Virus record (IMG/VR): IMGVR_UViG_3300025724_000001
Coordinates: 40,721-104,720 of that record
DNA from: a virus
Lineage: Duplodnaviria; Caudoviricetes
DNA length: 64,000 nt
Strand: one strand, 5' to 3'
Below the pieces are notes generated by a model, which saw only the letters and a list, made by a program, of their open reading frames with translations, had not been told where the DNA came from and did no database searches. How positions within the stretch are numbered: position 1 is the stretch's first letter; every line of letters starts with the position of its first letter. Position numbers and translations under genes: made by a program. This document shows positions 32,774 to 42,064 of the stretch, piece after piece.

Positions 32774-34753
32774 ATGGGGTTTTTAGTTGCAAATGTTTCA
32801 GAAAATTTAGCTGGTCGAATAACGAATAAAGGAAGAAAGAAAATTGCACAGGGCAATTTCAATATTACTTATTTTCAAGTGGGCGATTCTGAATATGACT
32901 ATACACTACCGTTTTATGAATTTAATGGAGATGAAAATCCGGGTCAAAAAGTGTTGATGCCATTTGATAAAGATTCTCAAGTTAAATATCCTTACAAGTA
33001 TAGTGAATCGTCAATAAGTGGGACAACATATGGAACACCAGTACAATCAGTTCAAATGGATAGAATTACAAATTATTTAAGTGCTGTTGGTTTTGTTTCG
33101 GATTATAATGAATCAACGATTAATTCGACATATGAGCCTATAAATATTTCTAGAATAAATGGAAGCAATATTTTGTCTGTTTCAAACGGTACATTATATT
33201 ATAATGTTGAATTTATTACAATATTATTTGGTGATTTAGGAATTGGTGGAACAATATCTGAGAATGTACATTCATCATTAACATATAAGATTATTGATAT
33301 TGTAAATGACAATTTACATTTGGATAGACCGATGCCGAATTTATCATTTTTGTCTGGTGATGTAACTATAGTATCTAACGCTTTATCTTCATTTAATCCG
33401 TGTATAGATCAAGAATATTCATGGGATTTGAATACTGTTTGGAGTAAAACACCAGCTGGGTTGGATCCAGCAATAGTTCCATTAACAACATTCGATAGTA
33501 ATGTTTTTGTATCAGCAAAAGAATATTTTGGATATAATACTTCATCAGGACAAACAGATAACACGTTAACAACAATTACAAATACTTTTGGGAATAAAAT
33601 TATTGTCCCGCCAGAGGAACAACATTCTATTAGTATTTTACACTATTCTAAAGTGGGTGTAGCATCGTTAGACCCTGATTTACCATATAAATATGAAGAT
33701 TACATCGGGCATAATGAGGATGAAACAGAATATTTTGAAATTTATATTCCTTTCATATTATATGATAGAAATACAACCACAACTATTGGTGCAAGATTTT
33801 TTATGGATACTGAAGATTTTTATATAAATTCAACAGCAATAGATACCAGACCAAATCAAATGAAGTTTAGATATTTAATTGACGAACAGGGTGTGAAAGT
33901 TGGTAAAGTTTTTGTAAATCATAAAGTAATTATTTTTGATGATCAAGAAATTGTTGCGGCATTGGATTATAAATCGAATAGGAATTATACATTACCAATA
34001 CCACAAATTTCAACTATTCCAATTGATTCAAAATGTGATGATCATGGAAACTCATTAATTCCATTATTAAGTGGTGGTACTACTGGTCAAACTGTATTTG
34101 TCACATATCTTTTACAACATCAAGCGTCGGGTGATTCACAATTATCTGGTATGTGTTGTAATTACTATTCTAAAATTTCAAATAGTATCGTTGATAGTGA
34201 TGTTTCAATTAAATTTGATACTGATGATTTTCAATTCATGAGGTCAACTTTTTCTGATGTAACAAATGGATATATTGCAGACACTTTCCAAATACTTGTA
34301 CAGGTTGTCAATACGGGTGAGCAGCCAGATCCAACATTATGGAAAATAATTGATTTTACAGATCAGATACCTAACCATACTCCCGGAACATTAATAAATC
34401 CGACAACTCTTCGTGATACACGATTTATTATCACTAGTTATGATTATGAAAATGCTGGATTATATGTTATACCAGAAACACATTTTGGTGATTTTCAATC
34501 ATTTCCGGGTAGCATTAAAGTTGCGAGGGTAACAGATATGGAAGTTATGAGATTTTTGGTGAATTTACCTTCCGGTTATTTTGAAACAACACAGAATCCA
34601 TCATATGATACCACAGCAATACCCGCAATACCAAAAAGAATTACAGAAGTGGCTTTATTAGATGAAAATAAAGACGTACTTGTTATTGCTAAAGCGTCAA
34701 GTCCAATAGAAAAGGTTGGTACAATAGTTTTAGCAGTTCAATTAGATATTTAA
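32774..34753 (+). CDS. Tail-collar/fibre-anchor-like baseplate protein
   Basis: ITNKGRKKIAQGNFNITYFQVGDSE N-terminus and ITEVALLDENKDVLVIAK..SPIEK C-terminus resemble a split tail-fibre attachment domain. Confidence 0.6.
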   Translation: MGFLVANVSENLAGRITNKGRKKIAQGNFNITYFQVGDSEYDYTLPFYEFNGDENPGQKVLMPFDKDSQVKYPYKYSESSISGTTYGTPVQSVQMDRITNYLSAVGFVSDYNESTINSTYEPINISRINGSNILSVSNGTLYYNVEFITILFGDLGIGGTISENVHSSLTYKIIDIVNDNLHLDRPMPNLSFLSGDVTIVSNALSSFNPCIDQEYSWDLNTVWSKTPAGLDPAIVPLTTFDSNVFVSAKEYFGYNTSSGQTDNTLTTITNTFGNKIIVPPEEQHSISILHYSKVGVASLDPDLPYKYEDYIGHNEDETEYFEIYIPFILYDRNTTTTIGARFFMDTEDFYINSTAIDTRPNQMKFRYLIDEQGVKVGKVFVNHKVIIFDDQEIVAALDYKSNRNYTLPIPQISTIPIDSKCDDHGNSLIPLLSGGTTGQTVFVTYLLQHQASGDSQLSGMCCNYYSKISNSIVDSDVSIKFDTDDFQFMRSTFSDVTNGYIADTFQILVQVVNTGEQPDPTLWKIIDFTDQIPNHTPGTLINPTTLRDTRFIITSYDYENAGLYVIPETHFGDFQSFPGSIKVARVTDMEVMRFLVNLPSGYFETTQNPSYDTTAIPAIPKRITEVALLDENKDVLVIAKASSPIEKVGTIVLAVQLDI

Positions 34754-34853
34754 GCTTTACAAAACAAAAAATATTTTATAATATTTAATGTTTTATGATT
34801 AATCTGTGATAAAATTTATCACCTTGGTTGTGGTTTAAAATATTATTTACTAA

Positions 34854-35459
34854 ATGGAGAATGAATTAAAATTAAAAAACAAACCAAAAATTTTAGGTCT
34901 TGACATATCAAGTAAAACCATTGGGTGGGCTTTATTTGACATGACAACATCAACATTATTAGAGGCTTCTCATTTTACACCAAAGATAAAACCCCAGCCA
35001 GAAGATAAAATTGAAGAATTATTATTAAAAGCCGAGGCATTTAAAAAACATCTTGAGAAGTATAAGGATTATGGTATTATAAAAATTATTATCGAAGAAC
35101 CATTATTGAATTCAAATAATATATATACTGTGGGAACACTTATACGTTATAATTCAATGATACTTAAAATTTGTTATGATATTTTTAAAGTAGTCCCAAC
35201 ATTTATATCAACATATAATGCCAGAAAATTCGCATTTCCGGATCTGGTACGTGATAATGGTAAAGGAAAAAATGTATTATTCGGTGGGTTTCCAAAAGAT
35301 ATTGACAAAAAACATATTATATGGGAACATGTTAATGCTGTTTGTCCCGAAATTAACTGGATTAGGGATAAAAACGGAAAATTAAAAAAAGAAAGTTATG
35401 ATATTAGTGATAGTGTGACGTGTGTTATTGGTTATATTAACATGATAAAACAACAATGA
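34854..35459 (+). CDS. RuvC-like Holliday junction resolvase
   Basis: ILGLDISSKTIGWA, IIIEEP, DISDS acidic motifs. Confidence 0.8.
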   Translation: MENELKLKNKPKILGLDISSKTIGWALFDMTTSTLLEASHFTPKIKPQPEDKIEELLLKAEAFKKHLEKYKDYGIIKIIIEEPLLNSNNIYTVGTLIRYNSMILKICYDIFKVVPTFISTYNARKFAFPDLVRDNGKGKNVLFGGFPKDIDKKHIIWEHVNAVCPEINWIRDKNGKLKKESYDISDSVTCVIGYINMIKQQ

Positions 35460-35493
35460 GCTCTTCATGTCTTTTTATATATTTTTTTGTGTG

Positions 35494-35530
35494 AAGTGGG
35501 TGAAAAAAACGATTTTCCACCCACTTTTTT
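35494..35530 (+). terminator. Intrinsic terminator
   Basis: AAGTGGGTG...CACCCACTT stem followed by a T run. Confidence 0.75.
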
Positions 35531-35576
35531 AGTTTTAATTTTTTTTTCTCATTTTTTTTACTTATAATTTAATATT

Positions 35577-36518
35577 ATGGTCGAAACGGACGTTAAATAT
35601 GACATGATCGTTGATCTCTTAATTGATATTTTGGGTGATTATAAGTATCATAATGAGCGGGCAGGACAAATTGCATTTTCTTGTCCAGTATGTAGTTATG
35701 AAATTAAAGGTTTGGATCATTTGGACGGCAAAGGAAATTTGGAAGTTAATTATATTGAGGGTGTATATAAATGTTGGGCCTGTTCCGAAAGTCACGATAC
35801 ACATGGAACATTAAGAAAATTAATACGAAAGTATGGGAATTATAAGCAATTAAAAAAATATCAATTACTTATACCCGACACAAAACCTAGTGTAGGAAAA
35901 AAAATATATAGTAGAGTGAGACTCCCAAAAGAATTTATTTCGTTAAAAGATGTTAGTGGTGGTATTAAACTAACTCATTATTATAAATCGGCAATTAACT
36001 ATCTCACAGAGAGAAATGTCACGGAAAAAATAATTAATAAATACAATATTGGTTTTTGTTATAACGGTGATTATGCAAATAGAATAATAATACCGTCATA
36101 TGATATTGATGGATGTGTAAATTATTTTACAGCTAGATCGTATGAAAAAAAACCGAAACGTAAATATATGAATCCTGAAGCTGAAAAAGATGCAATTATT
36201 TTCAATGAGTATCTAATTGATTGGAATAAACCAATTAATTTAGTTGAAGGTCCGTTTGATCATATTTTTGTTGATAATTCAATTCCAATGTTAGGAAAAA
36301 AAATGAGTGATTTGCTATTTGATAGACTTTATAATAACGCAAATAAGATAACAATAATACTTGATGGTGATGCATGGGCTGATGCCGAGAAACTTTATTA
36401 TAAATTAAATGGTGGAAAGTTATTTGGAAAGATATGGGTTGTTAAATTACCAATTGATAAAGATATTGCAGAATTGTGTGGAAATTTAAATGAATATAAG
36501 CCATTTCAAATAGATTGA
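35577..36518 (+). CDS. DnaG-type DNA primase
   Basis: Zn-finger CPVC...CWAC, RIIIPSYD, TOPRIM LVEGPFD and ILDGDA. Confidence 0.88.
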   Translation: MVETDVKYDMIVDLLIDILGDYKYHNERAGQIAFSCPVCSYEIKGLDHLDGKGNLEVNYIEGVYKCWACSESHDTHGTLRKLIRKYGNYKQLKKYQLLIPDTKPSVGKKIYSRVRLPKEFISLKDVSGGIKLTHYYKSAINYLTERNVTEKIINKYNIGFCYNGDYANRIIIPSYDIDGCVNYFTARSYEKKPKRKYMNPEAEKDAIIFNEYLIDWNKPINLVEGPFDHIFVDNSIPMLGKKMSDLLFDRLYNNANKITIILDGDAWADAEKLYYKLNGGKLFGKIWVVKLPIDKDIAELCGNLNEYKPFQID

Positions 36519-36521
36519 ATT

Positions 36522-36803
36522 ATGACTACTAGGGAATTATATTTTAAGGTGAAATATTTGGCGGATGATAACCCATGTGCTTGTCTGGGATATACATTTG
36601 AAGATGAAAATGGTATGATTCGAGTTAGTGGTGGAAGTTTATTTATATCATTTCATGATGATATGAAAAAAACATTTGAGGAGATTGATAATATTGAAAA
36701 AACTCCCGGTTTCATGTTTTGGAATAATTCTGAAGAAGGAGAAAAGTTTTTAGAAAATTTTTTTAGAAAATATGGTAAACAATTAATAAAATTATGGATT
36801 TAA
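36522..36803 (+). CDS. Hypothetical protein
   Basis: 93-aa ORF in operon. Confidence 0.55.
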   Translation: MTTRELYFKVKYLADDNPCACLGYTFEDENGMIRVSGGSLFISFHDDMKKTFEEIDNIEKTPGFMFWNNSEEGEKFLENFFRKYGKQLIKLWI

Positions 36804-37645
36804 AAGAATTGGCAATAGAAATTAGAGAGGCATTAAAAGAAAGAAGAAATAATATTGGTTTATCTTTTGTTGAAAATAAACACATATATTATATGCGTGA
36901 TATTAACGGAAATTTCACCACTAAATTTCCGTCTGTTTCTAAAATAATTAAGAATTTTTATAAACCTTTTGATGCTCAAGGAATATCGCTTAGAATGTCT
37001 AAAGGTGACCTTGAAGAACAAAAAAGATTATTAGCCGAATGGAAAAAAGCTGGGGAGGATTCAGTTAATTTGGGTAGTCGGGCACATTATGAAATGGAAA
37101 AATTTGTTGTCGAACAATATAATGATTTTAAAGAAGTAAGACGCCCAAAATTTTATTGTACGGATGAACAGATTATTAGAAGTGATAAAATGATTGAGGC
37201 GGGGAAAAATTTTATTAATCTTATGCATGAAAGGGGTGCTGTTTTGGTTGATACTGAAATGGTGATGGGAGATCCGGAATTGGGTTATGTTGGTCAGTCT
37301 GATAACACTTGGATAATGATGAATAAAGATATGAATGATTTTGGTTTTGTTATTACTGATTATAAAAGTAATCAACCAAAAAATTTTGAGGTAATGCCTT
37401 ATACTGAAAAATTGTATCCACCATTTCAGGATTATCCGGACAATGCTCTTGGTCATTATTATTTACAGATACCATTGTATGGGAAATTATTAATGAAAAT
37501 GTTGGAAGGAAGTAGATTTGAAAACAACAAATTTCTTGGTGGTGTTATTGTATTATTGAAAGATGATGGGAATTTTGTTGAATATAAAGTACCGCAGTCA
37601 ATAATAACAACAATGATGAATTTAAATCTTAAACAATTTTTATAA
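36794..37645 (+). CDS. PD-(D/E)XK exonuclease
   Basis: FPSVSKII, GSRAH, GQSD, ITDYKS, YYLQIPLY motifs. Confidence 0.8.
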   Translation: MDLKELAIEIREALKERRNNIGLSFVENKHIYYMRDINGNFTTKFPSVSKIIKNFYKPFDAQGISLRMSKGDLEEQKRLLAEWKKAGEDSVNLGSRAHYEMEKFVVEQYNDFKEVRRPKFYCTDEQIIRSDKMIEAGKNFINLMHERGAVLVDTEMVMGDPELGYVGQSDNTWIMMNKDMNDFGFVITDYKSNQPKNFEVMPYTEKLYPPFQDYPDNALGHYYLQIPLYGKLLMKMLEGSRFENNKFLGGVIVLLKDDGNFVEYKVPQSIITTMMNLNLKQFL

Positions 37646-37646
37646 T

Positions 37647-38468
37647 ATGGTTAAAAAAATAGTACATATTTCGGATATTCATATCAGAACAAATCAATTA
37701 CACGATTTATATAAAAGACAATTTGAATTGTTTTTTAATGATTTACAAAAAAAATTATACACAGATGTGGATAATAAATTTCAAGTGTGTGATTATAGAA
37801 TAGTAATTACTGGTGATTTATTTCATCAAAAAATAAACATATCGAATGAATTGATAATGTTGGTTTCTTGGTTTATTGACAAGTTGACGGATTTGGGTCA
37901 TGTTGTTATTATTCCAGGTAATCACGATTTTTTAGTTAATAATACCGAACGACTTGATAGTATAACTCCAATTGTGGAATTATTAGATAAACCAGATAAA
38001 ATATACTATTATAACGAAAGTGATGTGTATAAAGATGATGGGATATATTGGGTTGTTTATTCATTATATCAAAATAATCAAAGACCAAAATTTGAAAAGG
38101 AAGTTGGTGTTTATCATGTGGGGTTATTTCACGGCCCAATACAGGGTTTATCAACTGATCTAGGTTATAAGTTTGATGATGGTTATGATACGTTAAATTT
38201 TGTTGATTTAGATCTTTTACTATGTGGAGATATACACAAAAGACAAAAATTTAAATTACCTGATGGTGGTGATGCTATAATGATTGGTAGTTTTATACAG
38301 CAAGATTTTGGTGAAACTGTAAACCATCATGGATATGGAATATTTGATATGGAAACAAAAGAATATACTTTCCATGATTTACCAAATGAACAACCATTTT
38401 TACATTTTAAGTTAAATGACATTAAAGATATTGAAACCGAAAGTGAGCGTCTCATTAATCTTGGATGA
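37647..38468 (+). CDS. Mre11/SbcD-like metallophosphoesterase nuclease (T4 gp47-like)
   Basis: HISDIH, ITGDLFH, PGNHD, LFHG, GDIHKRQ, IGSFIQQDFGE. Confidence 0.88.
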   Translation: MVKKIVHISDIHIRTNQLHDLYKRQFELFFNDLQKKLYTDVDNKFQVCDYRIVITGDLFHQKINISNELIMLVSWFIDKLTDLGHVVIIPGNHDFLVNNTERLDSITPIVELLDKPDKIYYYNESDVYKDDGIYWVVYSLYQNNQRPKFEKEVGVYHVGLFHGPIQGLSTDLGYKFDDGYDTLNFVDLDLLLCGDIHKRQKFKLPDGGDAIMIGSFIQQDFGETVNHHGYGIFDMETKEYTFHDLPNEQPFLHFKLNDIKDIETESERLINLG

Positions 38469-38661
38469 TGAGTTTATTCAATATTGTGAGTTAAATAACA
38501 TTGAAGATATTGAAAAATTTGCCAGAGAAATATTCAATCGCGGATTTACTATTTTGAAATATGGGGAAAAACCACAAATTAAAGAAAATAAAGTGGTAAC
38601 ACCATCTAAGGTTGTCAGAACAAATGTGATGAAGGATAATATTAATCTTTATGATGAATAA
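38416..38661 (+). CDS. Hypothetical protein
   Basis: 81-aa ORF; true start may be GTG at 38443. Confidence 0.55.
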   Translation: MTLKILKPKVSVSLILDDEFIQYCELNNIEDIEKFAREIFNRGFTILKYGEKPQIKENKVVTPSKVVRTNVMKDNINLYDE

Positions 38662-38674
38662 AATAAATTAAACT

Positions 38675-38986
38675 ATGATAAAAATAATTTTGTGGGTAAT
38701 AATTGCTTATGGGATATCAACAATTATTACTGCAGGTGCGATTTTTGAAAAACCGCGTATGTGGATAATAAAGAAATCAGATTTCTGGGGTGATTTTATT
38801 ACTTGTATGTTGTGTATCCCAACGTGGGTGGGGTTTTTTCTGTCATTTGTGTTAGGTGGGCTCACTACCGAATGTTTTGGCGTTAGTCCGTATGTTGGAT
38901 GGTTCTTTGATGGGATGTTCACTGCGGGTGCCGTATGGGCCATAAACTCTCTAATAGAATTTTTTGAGGAGAGTAGAATAAAATAA
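38675..38986 (+). CDS. Small membrane protein with CxxC...W motif (DUF1360-like)
   Basis: Three hydrophobic segments; FITCMLCIPTWVG. Confidence 0.6.
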   Translation: MIKIILWVIIAYGISTIITAGAIFEKPRMWIIKKSDFWGDFITCMLCIPTWVGFFLSFVLGGLTTECFGVSPYVGWFFDGMFTAGAVWAINSLIEFFEESRIK

Positions 38987-38992
38987 TTATTT

Positions 38993-39721
38993 ATGTCTAA
39001 AAAAAGAAAATTAAAAAATGAAAGTTATAATGATAAAGAATTAAAAGAATTTTGTATAAGACACGGAAAAGAAATATTTGGTTTCGATGTAAGACTTAAT
39101 TATGAAGATCCTGAATATGGAATTGATTTGGTTGCTGTGCATGATCCAACAATTGGGATTGAATTAGAAAGAGCCGGTTCGATTTATAGTTTTTGGGATG
39201 ATCATGAGGGTTATCAATATAAGATGGATTATGATTTTAAACATATTAATATGGAAATAGATCGAAAAGGTCATTTTTTTCAGGAATATCATTTAAAATA
39301 TCCTGAAGAATTACCGGCCGAATGGAATCCTATGGTTTATAATCCTAGTTACAATAAAAATATGTTTTTTAGGATATCTTTTCATTTTCATCAAGGAATT
39401 TTAGTACCAAACGATGTTATTAGAAATCCAGAAAAAACGCTTTTATGTTGGAAAAAGGTAAAAAACAATTTTTCTAATAGGGAAGAACATTGGGCTTCGT
39501 GGAAGAAAGAAGACACAATTACATTCAATTATATAGATGGTAAAATGGTGAGGGAAACAGATGATCCGTCCACACATTTACCATCTATTTCTGATGAGAA
39601 ATTAAAATTTTTGAAAAAAGAAAAAATAAGAATAAAAGCAGAAGCAAAGAAAAAAGAAAATGAGGAAAAATTAAAAAGAGCAACGGAAGTTTATAAAAAT
39701 TCGAAGAAACATGACAAATAA
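38993..39721 (+). CDS. Hypothetical protein, possible restriction-endonuclease-like fold
   Basis: YGIDLV...GIELER acidic motif; basic C-terminal helix. Confidence 0.45.
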   Translation: MSKKRKLKNESYNDKELKEFCIRHGKEIFGFDVRLNYEDPEYGIDLVAVHDPTIGIELERAGSIYSFWDDHEGYQYKMDYDFKHINMEIDRKGHFFQEYHLKYPEELPAEWNPMVYNPSYNKNMFFRISFHFHQGILVPNDVIRNPEKTLLCWKKVKNNFSNREEHWASWKKEDTITFNYIDGKMVRETDDPSTHLPSISDEKLKFLKKEKIRIKAEAKKKENEEKLKRATEVYKNSKKHDK

Positions 39722-42053
39722 AAATCCATTTATTAAAGTTGAGTGGGAAGACACACCCGAAAATTTGACTCAAGAAAGAATTAAACGTGTAAAAGAGTAT
39801 TTTAAGAAAAAATACAATGCCACTAACGTAAAGGTTAATACAATAATATCTAATACGGCAGCAAATGTAAAATTAAAATCTTTAGAAGCGACGGACAACA
39901 TTTTAGATTATGAATATCAAAAAAAATTGGTAAAAGATTTTATTAAAGAGAATAAAATTAACATTAAATGGGATTTAATTAATCGGTTAGATAACCGGAT
40001 TAATAATGAAATAGATAAGATTGAACAAAATAAGGCTAGATATAATAAATGGTATATAAAAAGGATAGAATTTTCCAATTTTCTTTCTTTTGGTGATGAT
40101 AATGTTATTGATTTTACCGAACTTGATGGTATAACAGCAGTTGAATCTGAACCAAAAAATTTTGGCGGAAAATCAACTGCCACAGTTGATTTGTTAATGT
40201 TTTTATTTTTTAATTCAACATCGAAAACAAGGGTTGCTATTGATATATTCAACAAATTTAGGGATTGTGATGAAGTAAAGGTAAAGGGATATGTGACTAT
40301 TGATGGTGATGATTATATTATTGAAAGAAAAATTATTCGTAAAAAAAGTAGGTCTGGGGAATATTCAACCAAAAATGAGTTGGAATTTTATAAAATTTCA
40401 CATGATGATGGTGTTGTGAATTTATCTGGTGAGCAACGAAGAGAAACGGAAAAGTTTATTACTTCAGCTATTGGAACTGAAGAAGATTTTTTATCAACAA
40501 TATTAACCACCGGACATAATCTTGAAGATTTAATTAACTCAAAACCAACTGCAAGAGGACAAATATTAACAAAATTTCTTGGATTAGAAACACTTAAAAT
40601 CAAAGAAGAAAAATGTAAAGAAATTTTTAATGAATGGAGTAAAAAACTAGTTTCAAACACATATAATATTGTTCAGTTAGAGAGTGATAATGTACAGTAT
40701 GAATCTATCATTAAAGAAACTGAAGAAAGTACGAAAAAACTTCAAATAAATTTATCTGAATTTGAAACGGAATTAGTTTCATTGTCAGAAAAAAGAGATA
40801 AATTATTACAATCTAAGAATAATGATATAGATCAAGAATTGATTCGTACAAATCCGATTTTATTAAAAAAGGAAATTGGTGATTTAATTGAGAAGCAGAT
40901 AAAAACAAAAGAAATGTCATCTGTTGTTATAGTTAAAGAACCCACACAATATTATTCAGAAGAAGAACACAATATTTTAAATCGTCAAATTAGTGATATT
41001 CAAGTTACAATTGGTGTGCTGAAAAATAATATTAAGAGTAATGAAGAATATATCAAAAAATTGGAAAATAGTAGTATGTGTCCATACTGTAGAAGACCAT
41101 TAGAGGGGGTTGATCATAAGAATAAGATTCATGAAACAAAAGAGACTATTGTGTCGTTAATTAATACCCAGACTGAAAATGAGAAACAGAAAGATAATCT
41201 TGTAAAAAAGGAGGTCAAATATGCGACATTAAAAAAAGAATATGAAGAATATGAAAGGAATAAACTTCGTAAAGCCAAATATGACTTGGAGGTTGAACAA
41301 ATGCAAATGGATATTGATAAATGTCAAAGTCGTTTAAATAACTATGAAAGTAATAAGAGTAAACTTGAAGAGAATCAAAGAATTGAAAGTGAAATTATTA
41401 TTTTAAAGACAAAAATTGATACCGCAATAGCTGATATTAGTACAAGTAAGGTTAATATTGAAAAAAACAATAATAATGTCACCAATTTGCGTGAGAAAAT
41501 AAAAATAAATCATGAATTAATTGCGAAAATTAAAACGGAAGAAGAAATATCTACAACATTTAAAGTTTATTTGTTGATTTATGGTAAAAATGGAATTTCG
41601 AAGGTTATTATGAGAAATATGATACCGTTATTAAATCAGGAGTTATATAGGATACTTCAAGATAGTTGTTATTTCACCCTGGAGATGAATATAAACGATC
41701 GAAATGAACTGGAGTTCCTGATGATTGATAATGAAACACGTGTCGTTAAATCTCTTAATTCGGGGTCTGGTTACGAAAAAACAATATCATCATTGGCGTT
41801 AAGAAGTATATTAACAAAAGTATCTTCATTACCCAAGCCAAACATAATTGTAATGGATGAAGCTTTTAATGCGGTGGCGAATGATAATCTTGAATTGGTT
41901 GGTGAATTTTTTAAGAAAATAAAGAATTATTTTGAACACATTTTTGTTATTTCACATAACCCATTAATTCGTAACTGGTCAGATAATTTAATTATGATAA
42001 GAAAAGACGAGAACGTATCATCAATAGATTACGTAAAAAATAAGATATTTTAA
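39711..42053 (+). CDS. Rad50/SbcC-like SMC ATPase (T4 gp46-like)
   Basis: Walker A KNFGGKST, coiled coil with CPYC zinc hook, SGSGYEK signature, IIVMDE Walker B, VISH. Confidence 0.9.
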   Translation: MTNKNPFIKVEWEDTPENLTQERIKRVKEYFKKKYNATNVKVNTIISNTAANVKLKSLEATDNILDYEYQKKLVKDFIKENKINIKWDLINRLDNRINNEIDKIEQNKARYNKWYIKRIEFSNFLSFGDDNVIDFTELDGITAVESEPKNFGGKSTATVDLLMFLFFNSTSKTRVAIDIFNKFRDCDEVKVKGYVTIDGDDYIIERKIIRKKSRSGEYSTKNELEFYKISHDDGVVNLSGEQRRETEKFITSAIGTEEDFLSTILTTGHNLEDLINSKPTARGQILTKFLGLETLKIKEEKCKEIFNEWSKKLVSNTYNIVQLESDNVQYESIIKETEESTKKLQINLSEFETELVSLSEKRDKLLQSKNNDIDQELIRTNPILLKKEIGDLIEKQIKTKEMSSVVIVKEPTQYYSEEEHNILNRQISDIQVTIGVLKNNIKSNEEYIKKLENSSMCPYCRRPLEGVDHKNKIHETKETIVSLINTQTENEKQKDNLVKKEVKYATLKKEYEEYERNKLRKAKYDLEVEQMQMDIDKCQSRLNNYESNKSKLEENQRIESEIIILKTKIDTAIADISTSKVNIEKNNNNVTNLREKIKINHELIAKIKTEEEISTTFKVYLLIYGKNGISKVIMRNMIPLLNQELYRILQDSCYFTLEMNINDRNELEFLMIDNETRVVKSLNSGSGYEKTISSLALRSILTKVSSLPKPNIIVMDEAFNAVANDNLELVGEFFKKIKNYFEHIFVISHNPLIRNWSDNLIMIRKDENVSSIDYVKNKIF

Positions 42054-42064
42054 TTGGTTATTTT

